Origin: an uncultured virus (IMG/VR IMGVR_UViG_3300027360_000001)
Taxonomy: Duplodnaviria; Heunggongvirae; Uroviricota; Caudoviricetes
Virus record (IMG/VR): IMGVR_UViG_3300027360_000001
DNA: 64,000 nt
Strand: one strand, 5' to 3'
Shown: one piece after another, positions 49,069 through 58,083 of the stretch
Layout of the letters: each line of letters begins with the position of its first letter
Numbering within the stretch: the first letter of the stretch is position 1
Made by a program: the position numbers and the translations under genes
Notes under the pieces: model-generated
Database searches by the model: none
Told to the model about the DNA's origin: nothing
Seen by the model: the letters and a program-made list of their open reading frames with translations, nothing else

Positions 49069-50406
49069 CTAGAAATTAAACTGACTCGCTGCGACCGCTC
49101 CCGTCGGAAACTCCGCTAGTACTCCGTAATCGAATATCGCCATAAGCTCAAGCGTGAAGTCCTCGCCGCCGTTACGTCCCTTCTCGATTCCCAGCATCGC
49201 TCGCCCATCTTTCTCGAGACTATCGAAGCTGATTAAATTCGTAGCGATATCGAGCAGGCGCTTCGTTGTTTTCACTTGGTCACGCTTCGGCAGATTTAGC
49301 TCGCGGCGATCTTCCTCGTCAGTTTGCTTTCGTTCCACCGTTGCCTGCACCGTATAGAATCCGACTACATCGTTATCCCCGATAATCTGTTCGAACCTTG
49401 TAGCCGCCCACTCTGCCGCTCCGCCTGCCGTTTTGTTGGCGTTCTTGCCGTATACGTCGCTCAGTCCGTAGAATGGGTCGATTACCACAGCGTTAACAAC
49501 TCCCGTCATCAGCTCACGTTCTAGGTCGTCTAGCGTTCTTGTTAACTCGCCGCCGCTTTTGCCCTGGAAGTATAGTTTGCCGGGATAATACGAATCTAGT
49601 GCATCGACAACCGCGAGGAACTGTTCGCGCACAACGTCTTCGAGTTTCCCGCTAAGAATCCGCTTGTTCGGCAACCCGACTTTTCTGCCAATCTCATCGA
49701 TTAGCATTTCGTCGACTGCGGTTGCTACGGAAATCAAACGAGCAATCCAAACGTATTCTTTTACCTCGAAGGACTTGACGAGTACGTTCGCGCCCTGTCG
49801 TAGTAATGAATCGACTATCTTAACGTTAAGGTACGTTTTACCGCGCCCTGACTCCGCCATGATTCCGTATACGTCACCGCTATACCATCCGCCTATCTCC
49901 TTTGTCAGCGATTCGAAAGGCGTCTGCCAGCATTTGAACGACTTCCCTTCCTCGCGCTTCAGATACTCGGATTTGAACGAGTCGCGAATATCGCTGAACG
50001 TGCGACCTAAATTGCTCCGAATCTCCGTGCCGTTTTTTATCGCCAGCAACCGCTCGATCGTCTCGTCAATCGTTTTGAATCCGTCGCTCGCATCGAATAT
50101 CTTCGGCACTTCCGTCTGTATAAGATCCGCGAATTGTACCTTTGCCGCATACGATTTAATCTGCTTCGTAAGGTATTCGTAGCTGTCCTCGACTTGCGGG
50201 TAGTAAACGAACTGAGGGCATTCAGCGACAGCCGTCCTATAATCTGGCGCCTGCCCGCCATTCTGCTCGGCGTACTCTACGATGAAGCGCAGCGTTTCCT
50301 TTTCCCCAGCCGTTTGCAAGTCGGACTCGCGTACGTTGTGCCTACGAAGTGCGGCTACGTCATTGTCATCCAATATACGGCTCAAAAGCATGTTGCCATA
50401 TTCCAT
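49069..50406 (-). CDS. DnaB-like replicative helicase
   Basis: AESGRGKT, SFE, VVIDP, KGRNG. Confidence 0.88.
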   Translation of the reverse strand: MEYGNMLLSRILDDNDVAALRRHNVRESDLQTAGEKETLRFIVEYAEQNGGQAPDYRTAVAECPQFVYYPQVEDSYEYLTKQIKSYAAKVQFADLIQTEVPKIFDASDGFKTIDETIERLLAIKNGTEIRSNLGRTFSDIRDSFKSEYLKREEGKSFKCWQTPFESLTKEIGGWYSGDVYGIMAESGRGKTYLNVKIVDSLLRQGANVLVKSFEVKEYVWIARLISVATAVDEMLIDEIGRKVGLPNKRILSGKLEDVVREQFLAVVDALDSYYPGKLYFQGKSGGELTRTLDDLERELMTGVVNAVVIDPFYGLSDVYGKNANKTAGGAAEWAATRFEQIIGDNDVVGFYTVQATVERKQTDEEDRRELNLPKRDQVKTTKRLLDIATNLISFDSLEKDGRAMLGIEKGRNGGEDFTLELMAIFDYGVLAEFPTGAVAASQFNF

Positions 50407-50428
50407 CGAAACACCTCCGTTTAGTTAG

Positions 50429-50617
50429 TCAGTTCGTTTGGGCAACCGCCCACTCTTTTACGCCGTCCTTCATTTCGAAGTACTTCGTTGCCATATTACG
50501 GAATATGTTCGCTTGTGGCGCGACTTCCTCCGCTGTCCAGTCCGTGCGGTCCTCGATTGCTAATTCGTTGAACATTTTTGCGACTAACGTGCATATTTCT
50601 CGTATTTCGTGATTCAT
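50429..50617 (-). CDS. Hypothetical protein
   Basis: GGAGGTG RBS. Confidence 0.5.
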   Translation of the reverse strand: MNHEIREICTLVAKMFNELAIEDRTDWTAEEVAPQANIFRNMATKYFEMKDGVKEWAVAQTN

Positions 50618-50794
50618 TCGTTTACACCTCCGTTTAATCTAGTCGCCCGATTGTCAACGGGTTTTCCTGCGATACGACGAATTCTTCTACGCCTACCTTG
50701 TAATAGTACGCTAACTTCATGAGCATATCGTCTAGTTCAGCGTCGCTATAAATGCCGACTATATATCCGTCTAGTAGCACTGTATTTGTACGAA

Positions 50795-51580
50795 TCATTT
50801 ACGTTTCCCCCTTTTACTCTCGCCTGTAAATCCGTACTGCAACGTGAGGTCCCTAACGCGATCATAAAGCCGTCTGTCGTAAATCCTCTCGAGTTCCTCC
50901 ATCGGAAAATTCGAAGTATAGACGGTCGGTAGTTGCTTCGATACCCGCGAATTAATCACCGTATGCAAGTCTGCGCGAAATGCATCGCTGGCATCGCGAA
51001 CTCCGAGGTCATCCAAAACGGCGAACCCTGCCGTACTTGCTGCATTCATCCATCGATAGTACTTTGCGCTATTCTCCTCGGCAATCTCACGCGGTACATT
51101 TGGTCGGCTGAACGCATTATACATGGTTTGCCATTCGTTCACGTCAAGGAAAAACGCGGGCATTTGCGCTGGCTGTAAGCCCCGTTTAACGCTTCCGATG
51201 TAGTGTCGTATCAGCCATTCGTTTAATAGCGCCGTGGCTGTCGTAGTTTTCCCTGTGCCCGTTTCCTTCGACCATAAATAGACCGACTTAATTCGCTTCT
51301 CTGGCGGCGTGTTCGCGTCCACCTCGAACTGCCTATCGAATGTCTCCGCTATCTTCACAAGTTGCGTATACACCTTCCACTGCTCCTCGCCCGCCTTGCT
51401 CGTGTCTAGCGTGGTAAGCGCGTATTCGCGGGGCACTAGCGATGCCGCCACGCGTCCGCCGCTTCCGGAGAGGCCATGTAAGGCTATAAAAGCAGGACAT
51501 GTACGGTTACACGACGAAGAGCCCGCAATATTACACGCCTGAGACAGTATACAATTCCTCTTATAATCAAATGGCATCAA
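50795..51580 (-). CDS. DnaC/IstB-like AAA+ helicase loader
   Basis: ETGTGKT, VLDDLG, YTSN, RLYDR. Confidence 0.85.
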   Translation of the reverse strand: MMPFDYKRNCILSQACNIAGSSSCNRTCPAFIALHGLSGSGGRVAASLVPREYALTTLDTSKAGEEQWKVYTQLVKIAETFDRQFEVDANTPPEKRIKSVYLWSKETGTGKTTTATALLNEWLIRHYIGSVKRGLQPAQMPAFFLDVNEWQTMYNAFSRPNVPREIAEENSAKYYRWMNAASTAGFAVLDDLGVRDASDAFRADLHTVINSRVSKQLPTVYTSNFPMEELERIYDRRLYDRVRDLTLQYGFTGESKRGKRK

Positions 51581-52487
51581 GGGACCCTCCCTCTGTACTC
51601 GGATTATCTAAGTTAACTAAATCATCTATATTACGTTTATTACCCTCACACCAATAAACATACTCCTCGAATTCTTCTACGGTCATTCCTAATCTAGCGG
51701 ATAGGTCAGGGACAAGTCTTTCGAAGAAGCGTTCTTGTATTTCTTTCTCTTGGCGCTTAATCCACTCAAAGGGATTCAGTGCGTTCTTGCTTAAATTCAA
51801 ATCACTAGATATCCAGTAGCAGTTCTGAAGAGTAGTACCGCCGTGCCCCCAAGAAAGAGGTATGAAGTGCTCTAGGTGTAGACATTCACTACTTCTGGTA
51901 AGTAGACACAAGCCTGATTGGTCTTGTAACAAACCTAATGCCTCAGAGTTAGTGAGTGTCGCCGGCAGTAGTCTCTTATAAGCACGCTTTCTTTGCCCTT
52001 GAACCACTTGCTGCTCCTTGTTTACCTCCCGCCACTTCTTCACGGATTCTCGTTTGTATTCTCTGTTGTTTGCGCTCCACTCCCTATTCCTCTTTAAAAT
52101 TTCTTCCTTTATGAAAGGGTACTTATCTCGCTTATTCTTGTTGTATATATCTCCTTTAACTTTTCTGCGATCGCGCATTTTTTGAAGTTGTTCATCCCTG
52201 TGCTGCTCATGATACATTTTGAAGTACTCTGGATTATTCTCTCTCCATAAGCGATCTTTCTCCCCTTTGCAAACTTTACACCTAGCTTCCTTCCCTGCAA
52301 TACCAGTACTCCTATTTCTGAAGTTGTCTAACAAATAAACATTCTCACAATTACAACATTTCTTTGCTAATATTTCTTCATCCGAATTCACGTAATAAAC
52401 AGATGCGTGCTTAGTGACTTTATTGACACGTACTCGCTCGTAAAGACCTATGAGGATTATTTCTTCTTTTGAAATTGCGTCAGACAC
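51567..52487 (-). CDS. HNH-type homing endonuclease
   Basis: CCNC...CKVC zinc site; EHFIPLSWGHGG...NLSK; AT-rich. Confidence 0.75.
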   Translation of the reverse strand: MSDAISKEEIILIGLYERVRVNKVTKHASVYYVNSDEEILAKKCCNCENVYLLDNFRNRSTGIAGKEARCKVCKGEKDRLWRENNPEYFKMYHEQHRDEQLQKMRDRRKVKGDIYNKNKRDKYPFIKEEILKRNREWSANNREYKRESVKKWREVNKEQQVVQGQRKRAYKRLLPATLTNSEALGLLQDQSGLCLLTRSSECLHLEHFIPLSWGHGGTTLQNCYWISSDLNLSKNALNPFEWIKRQEKEIQERFFERLVPDLSARLGMTVEEFEEYVYWCEGNKRNIDDLVNLDNPSTEGGSLDAI

Positions 52488-52794
52488 AAAATCCCTCCTT
52501 ATCGTTTATCGCTTATACAATAACGTATATTAACAGCAAAAATTAAGAGAACGTTCGTGTTTTTTCTGCGACGTTACTATATTCGTATAGCTATTCGACA
52601 ACCCTCGTATTCTACCTCGTCAGCGCCGTCCGTCGTGTACTAGATACCTATGCGGAGAACCTTGCGCTTAGAACGCCTAGATTCGCCTGTACAAGCGTTG
52701 AAACTATCACTTGGCTACCTTAGTATTCGATTGCGCTAAAATTCAACAGCGAGGCTCACAGACGTCCCAAACGTATTCCTGCGATTTTCGACCG

Positions 52795-53163
52795 TTAAAT
52801 CCAATCACTTAAATCCTCGTCGGCATCGTTTTTAACGTGCGTATAAGCCGCCTCACGCGCTTTCTCCGCCAGCACACGAGGTAGTACACGTTCTTTCATC
52901 CACGTTAACATAAACGTGAAATTAACGCCAGGATAATCTCGCTTTGGTTTGTAGTCGTCGAAACAGGCGTCAATAAACCGCTTTGTATCGTCTGCGCCAT
53001 ATTCGTTTAGAAAATTACGAATCATACCGGCCTCACGTTGTTTATTCCTCGTCGTGTATTTAATACCGTATAGCTCCGTATGACGATCGTATAGATACGA
53101 GATTACGATATTAGCGGTCCATCCGTCAACTGGCGTGTCTTGCCATTTCTTTTTTGTCGACAT
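52795..53163 (-). CDS. Replication protein (DnaD-like / initiator-associated)
   Basis: Heads the replication operon before loader, helicase and primase; ends EDLSDWI. Confidence 0.45.
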   Translation of the reverse strand: MSTKKKWQDTPVDGWTANIVISYLYDRHTELYGIKYTTRNKQREAGMIRNFLNEYGADDTKRFIDACFDDYKPKRDYPGVNFTFMLTWMKERVLPRVLAEKAREAAYTHVKNDADEDLSDWI

Positions 53164-53524
53164 AAGTATTAATCTCCTTTCGACGCTATCTGTTAGAGCG
53201 CTGCAGTGCGTTAGCGCTGCTATCTTTAAGATCTTTAATTAATTATTTATTACTAAAGACCTTAAGATCTTAAAAAGAACTTAAAATAGCACAACGTAAA
53301 AACAATGTCAAGTTAAATTTTCGTTAATTTTTAAAAAAGATTGGTCGTCGTATCCGACGCCCTACGCTTCTACATCGAACCTTCCTCAACGTTTTTGACA
53401 CTTTCGCGAAAATAAAAATAAGCGCCCTGCCATCGCGAGCGCCCTACGTTGCCACCGTTATTCTATTACGATAATATCATACGTTATACCATATCGAGTA
53501 AAATCCGAACATTCGCCGTTGGCG

Positions 53525-54133
53525 CTACCGCACGTATTTCGTCATGAACTCGTGGAAGTCAGCGACCTGCAGCACGCGAACACCTCGGCTGACATCGCCT
53601 AACTCATACGGTTTGGGAGCGACTAACAACACGTATGGAAACACAGGCTTATCCTTGCGTTGCCATTCGAGAGCCTTCCACGAGCCACCTACGTAATATT
53701 CCTCGTAGTCCTCGATTTTCCTCCGCACTTGCTTTGCCGTCCAGTTGCCGCGCACTTGCACCTCGACGAAGAACGGAGTGCCCCGCCATATCATGAACGC
53801 GTCGGGTATCACGCCGTCAGCCACCTTACGCTCGATCTCGAATACATCGGGCTCTATATACGAACACACATCGAGGTAAAAGTCGGCGATGGCCGCATGG
53901 TGCGGGAGCTTCGCGCTGTCTCGCTTCATCTTCGACCCCGAAGGGTAATATCGATATGGCCGCGCCTTCGTATCGACATCCACGCGCCCCTGCAGTTTCA
54001 GCCGATTCATGACCGTATTGCACCCCGATATAGGACTCCGATGCTGACGGAAGAACATGCGCACCAGCTGGTCGCGGTCCAGCACACGAAACTTTTCGAT
54101 TGCACCAATTATCTCCTTGTCACGTTGTTTCAC
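53525..54133 (-). CDS. Replication-relaxation family protein
   Basis: N-terminal wHTH (RDKEII..IEKFRVL.RDQL); HHAAIADF, IPDAFM, FFVEVQ. Confidence 0.8.
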   Translation of the reverse strand: MKQRDKEIIGAIEKFRVLDRDQLVRMFFRQHRSPISGCNTVMNRLKLQGRVDVDTKARPYRYYPSGSKMKRDSAKLPHHAAIADFYLDVCSYIEPDVFEIERKVADGVIPDAFMIWRGTPFFVEVQVRGNWTAKQVRRKIEDYEEYYVGGSWKALEWQRKDKPVFPYVLLVAPKPYELGDVSRGVRVLQVADFHEFMTKYVR

Positions 54134-55341
54134 TTTCGTTTCCCTCCGTTTTTGTCGAGTGTATCGAGCAGTCCTAATTCAATCGGTTGCTGTTCGGGCT
54201 CCATTTCGACTACATTAGTCGGTACAATATCGATAGGCTTCGCGGTCTTAAACGGTTCGAGCAACTCCTCCGCTGGGTCCTTCTCGAGTTCGGGCGCTTG
54301 GATCTGCGTATACTTGTTGCCGACGCTCGCCCACATGAGGCCGCCTTGCGTTATTTTCGAGGCGTCTACATCCGTCGAACTCAAGATAATATTCGAGTCG
54401 ATTTTCGAATTTACACGAAACGCCATGCGAATATTTAGGTTCGTTTTAATATCGCCATCCACTGCGTCAGCATCTGGCCTTTGAAGGCTGAGCACCATAA
54501 ACACGCCAAGCGCACGGCCGAGCAGCGCAATGTCCGTTATAATGTTTTGTAGTTTTTTATCCTTACGTAGAACGCCGAATTCATCGATGAACAACACGAT
54601 ATACGGCACGCGGCACTCTTTCGGCAACTGGTCGATGTTAAATACTTCGTGTGCCTCGAGTAAGTCAGATCGTCGCTCACATTCCGCCCATAACGTCTTC
54701 ACCATTACGACAAGCTCGTTGCGCCGTGTTACATAACCTTTTACGCATTCACAGCGACGGAATAAATGAAATTCAGACCGCTTCATATCTGCAAGGTATA
54801 ATTCGATATTCTTCTTCGAGGTGATTAACGTCGTAATTACGGAACGGAGCTGCGTCGACTTTCCGCTACCGCTCGATCCCCCGATAAGCACATGCGGCAG
54901 ATTGTCGCCCATCATATCGACGACTACATAACGACATTTCTCGTCTTTCCCGAGCAGAATCGGTACTTTGCATTTCCGAATAATCGGCGATATTTCCTCG
55001 ACATTGTACGCGTATTGAGGGAATCGCACAGGATCCGTATGGTATATCGTCAAAACGAAATTCTTGGCGTTGGACACTTCGCTGAGCTCGAATTTTTTCC
55101 CGTATAATTGCGATACTATATACGAATGCTTCTCAACATTCGCTGGATTTACGCCCGTTGGTAGCGAAAAAACGTAGACGTCTCGCTCCTCGCTATAATC
55201 GGTGTTCACTACCACGGGAAACTGCTCGCCCTTGCTGCCGCGAAACACGACTTCCTTCGTGAGATTCATTAAACGGAAGGCCTCTCGTAGCTTACGGAGT
55301 TTCTTCGCGTTCTCGCGGCGCTGTTTTAATGCTTCGAACAT
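54130..55341 (-). CDS. FtsK/SpoIIIE-family ATPase
   Basis: PHVLIGGSSGSGKS, DMKRSE, FIDEF, GRALG, QRPD. Confidence 0.92.
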   Translation of the reverse strand: MFEALKQRRENAKKLRKLREAFRLMNLTKEVVFRGSKGEQFPVVVNTDYSEERDVYVFSLPTGVNPANVEKHSYIVSQLYGKKFELSEVSNAKNFVLTIYHTDPVRFPQYAYNVEEISPIIRKCKVPILLGKDEKCRYVVVDMMGDNLPHVLIGGSSGSGKSTQLRSVITTLITSKKNIELYLADMKRSEFHLFRRCECVKGYVTRRNELVVMVKTLWAECERRSDLLEAHEVFNIDQLPKECRVPYIVLFIDEFGVLRKDKKLQNIITDIALLGRALGVFMVLSLQRPDADAVDGDIKTNLNIRMAFRVNSKIDSNIILSSTDVDASKITQGGLMWASVGNKYTQIQAPELEKDPAEELLEPFKTAKPIDIVPTNVVEMEPEQQPIELGLLDTLDKNGGKRK

Positions 55342-55353
55342 GTCATCGCCTCC

Positions 55354-55725
55354 TTATAATCCGATACACTCGATAATGAACGAGAGACAATCCAAAACGC
55401 TGATTTCCGCCGCAAACTTGATGAAATCCACGCTATCATCGATAATCAATCGGAATATGTTCGACGGATCTTCCTGGGCGCACTGTCCCCAGCTTTTAAT
55501 TATGTCAGCGAATTGGTACGTTTTTCCGCTCGCGAATTTATATACGGCGTCGGTGACCTCCGTCTTGCTCATTAGCGTGTATATTGTCCCGTCCATATGA
55601 CACACGATATCATCTCCGCAGACCTTCCGTACTTTCTCGAACGTGTCTAATTTATTTTCGACTTGTCGCCAACCGCTTTCGGGGTCGAATCGAAATAATA
55701 ACGATGACATTTTTGGTTCGCACAT
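55354..55725 (-). CDS. Hypothetical protein
   Basis: GGAGG RBS; in the FtsK operon. Confidence 0.5.
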   Translation of the reverse strand: MCEPKMSSLLFRFDPESGWRQVENKLDTFEKVRKVCGDDIVCHMDGTIYTLMSKTEVTDAVYKFASGKTYQFADIIKSWGQCAQEDPSNIFRLIIDDSVDFIKFAAEISVLDCLSFIIECIGL

Positions 55726-55743
55726 AATACCGCCTCCACTTCG

Positions 55744-56055
55744 TTATAGGAAATACGCAATGCTTCGGATTGTCAGGCGAATGAGATAAAACGCAAATGT
55801 ACCGAACAGCATCGCCTTCGTACCGTAATGTACCAGGCGGGCAGATTCGATGTGGCCGTTCGCAACGAGCTTTTGCTCTGCGATGACAGCGCCTATTAAT
55901 GCGATTGCAATAGTGAGTAATGTGAACGTGAGGTCGAACGAGAATGAGCCGAGGTAAGCGTAGTTAAGTGTGATCGGGGAAACCTTCGTTTTGTAAACGC
56001 TGGCAGCGCGCCAATCATTGCGGATGAACGAGCGGAAATCGATAACTTCCGTCAT
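55744..56055 (-). CDS. Small membrane protein of the FtsK module
   Basis: Two hydrophobic segments; GGAGG RBS before MTEVIDFRSF. Confidence 0.6.
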   Translation of the reverse strand: MTEVIDFRSFIRNDWRAASVYKTKVSPITLNYAYLGSFSFDLTFTLLTIAIALIGAVIAEQKLVANGHIESARLVHYGTKAMLFGTFAFYLIRLTIRSIAYFL

Positions 56056-56119
56056 GTGTATCGCCTCCATTACTTTGTTAATAACACGATACGCATTAAC
56101 GAAGTATTTCGTGCCTGTT

Positions 56120-56343
56120 TGTGGATAAATTTCTCGGATTTTTTTCGTGTAGAGGCGTAAACACAAAGAAAAGCACCCCGCTTCATGGTACGGGATGCTC
56201 ATCGAGAGGTTAATATTTAGAGGTGTTGCAGGACCTCGCTGACGACAAGGGTACTACAATCCTTATTTTACCGTATGTGGATAACGTTGTAAATACGTTT
56301 GTAAAAAATTACCGTTGAAAAATTTCTGTGGATAATGTATAAG
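56120..56343. promoter_or_regulatory. Three perfect DnaA boxes and two divergent sigmaA-like promoters
   Basis: TGTGGATAA at 56120, 56276 and 56327; TTTACA-17-TAAAAT on minus (56293-56265); TTGAAA-17-TATAAG on plus (56315-56343). Confidence 0.7.
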
Positions 56344-56859
56344 GCGTGAGCAAACGGGGCACCTTTGTCGTTCGTTCCCCACCTCCGTCGCTCCACTCTC
56401 TTAAACGTTTCGATAAATCCGATAACGGCGGGGCTCAGGGCGTAAATACCTCGTTATCAGATACTTTGGTAAATACATCGTTATATAATTCGTTAGTTAG
56501 CGGGGAATTACGTCGGTAGATACTTTGGTAGATGTTGGAATCGGACAGCAAATAAAAACAACGTAGAGACGGGCGGCATCTACCGAAGTAATAGACGTGC
56601 CTTCTACGTTGTCTAAAACGGCGTCTAGCGGATTGCAGGGCGCCTACCCACACATTTGTACCCGCCTGACCTCCGCACGCTCCACAAGGATTTCTACACG
56701 TTCTGACGACACTTATTCAGTAACCGTTTATAGTAACGATAAGAAAACGTAGTGCCCTCGCGGAAAAAACGTGCTCACCGAGTATAGTTACTACGTACGA
56801 TAACCATACGTATTTATATAGTAACCATATTCAGCGACTTTACTCGTCGTATTTTTCGC

Positions 56860-57447
56860 TCACACTGTCGCAACGGGCGACGTCTGCCGCTCGCCTTGTG
56901 CCCGGAGTGCCTCGATGTACATATCGGCGACATCACTGCCCGTTACGAGCTCAACGTTGAGGCCTTGCGCATACTTGCGAGCTGCATCGGTATAGCCTGC
57001 GGTCGATAAGACGTAGCCTCCGATCGCACCGTGTTTCACCATGTTCGAATGTACTTTCGCGATGGCATCGAAAGGTAAATCGTCCTTATAACATTTAACC
57101 TGGATAAAGTAAACGCCGTCTTCGCGCTTGTGTACCACGTCAATGCCATAATCACCGCTCCCTTGCGTTACCTCCGCCTTGCCTCCGTACTTGCGCTCGA
57201 ATAGCCAAGCGATAAATGCTTCGAACGCCCACGGATCCTCGCGAATAAACTCATCGCTATATTTCTCGCCTTCCTGGGCGGATTTGAAGCGAAGGTATAG
57301 GCCCATCGCCAGTGTACGCTTGAACGTATCGTTTGCATTGCGGAGGAATACGAGACTGTCTAGCGCCGAGATATGGCGACGCTCCGAGCGCATATATAGG
57401 AACGCGAATGCCGACGCGAGCACCGCGAGAATAGTCGATAATACCAT
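56860..57447 (-). CDS. Mrr-like restriction endonuclease-domain protein with N-terminal TM helix
   Basis: AFEAFIA...GSGDYGIDVV...IQVKCY...G.VLSTAGYT. Confidence 0.85.
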   Translation of the reverse strand: MVLSTILAVLASAFAFLYMRSERRHISALDSLVFLRNANDTFKRTLAMGLYLRFKSAQEGEKYSDEFIREDPWAFEAFIAWLFERKYGGKAEVTQGSGDYGIDVVHKREDGVYFIQVKCYKDDLPFDAIAKVHSNMVKHGAIGGYVLSTAGYTDAARKYAQGLNVELVTGSDVADMYIEALRAQGERQTSPVATV

Positions 57448-57572
57448 CGAGAACACCCTTTCGTCGTTGTATGTAAATAGTGTCGACAAATATTCGTGAT
57501 TGTATACCGAAAGATATTCAAAAATTCGTGAAATGGTAATATAATGAAATTATGACGAAAGGGGAGATTCGA

Positions 57573-58007
57573 ATGGATAAGAAGAAAAAGCCGATATATA
57601 AGCGTTGGTGGGCGTGGGTCATAGCGTTTATTGTTGTCGTAGCGATTGCGGGCGGAAATAGCGGCGGTACGAAAACAGAGCAAGCGAGTACGGAAGTCAA
57701 AGGCGATGCAGCAGCGGCGACAAAGCAATCCGAAGCACCGAAGCCGAGCAAGCCGGCGAAGATTACGCTAGCCGATTACGAAACTATCACGACGGGCGAT
57801 TCGTTAACTGGTGAAGGCGGAATGACTTACGAAGAGGTTGTCGCAAAGTTCGGCGAGCCTTCGAGCAAAACCGAGTCGCAGTCGGGCGACATGAAAATGA
57901 TAATCGCGTCGTGGATGAAGAATATAAACGGAGGCTTTGGCGCAAACTTTAATATCACGTTTATTAACGGGAAAGCCTCCGCTAAGTCACAAACGAGTAT
58001 GGAATAA
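57573..58007 (+). CDS. Membrane-anchored extracytoplasmic protein (DUF3862-like)
   Basis: KKKKPIYKRWWAW followed by a TM helix; GMTYEEVVAKFGEP; own terminator at 58016-58050. Confidence 0.7.
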   Translation: MDKKKKPIYKRWWAWVIAFIVVVAIAGGNSGGTKTEQASTEVKGDAAAATKQSEAPKPSKPAKITLADYETITTGDSLTGEGGMTYEEVVAKFGEPSSKTESQSGDMKMIIASWMKNINGGFGANFNITFINGKASAKSQTSME

Positions 58008-58083
58008 CGAAAAAGAAGCGCCGATCCCCTGCGAAGGAGCCGGCGTTTTTATTTGTGTTAGATTGTCATATTCTGTTGTATTA

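Noticed and set aside
35951..50406. Inteins or introns in nrdE, DNA polymerase or helicase
   Set aside because: Lengths are typical, motifs are contiguous, and no intein splice motifs were seen
53660..54484. 274-aa plus-strand ORF
   Set aside because: Antisense shadow of the FtsK and replication-relaxation genes
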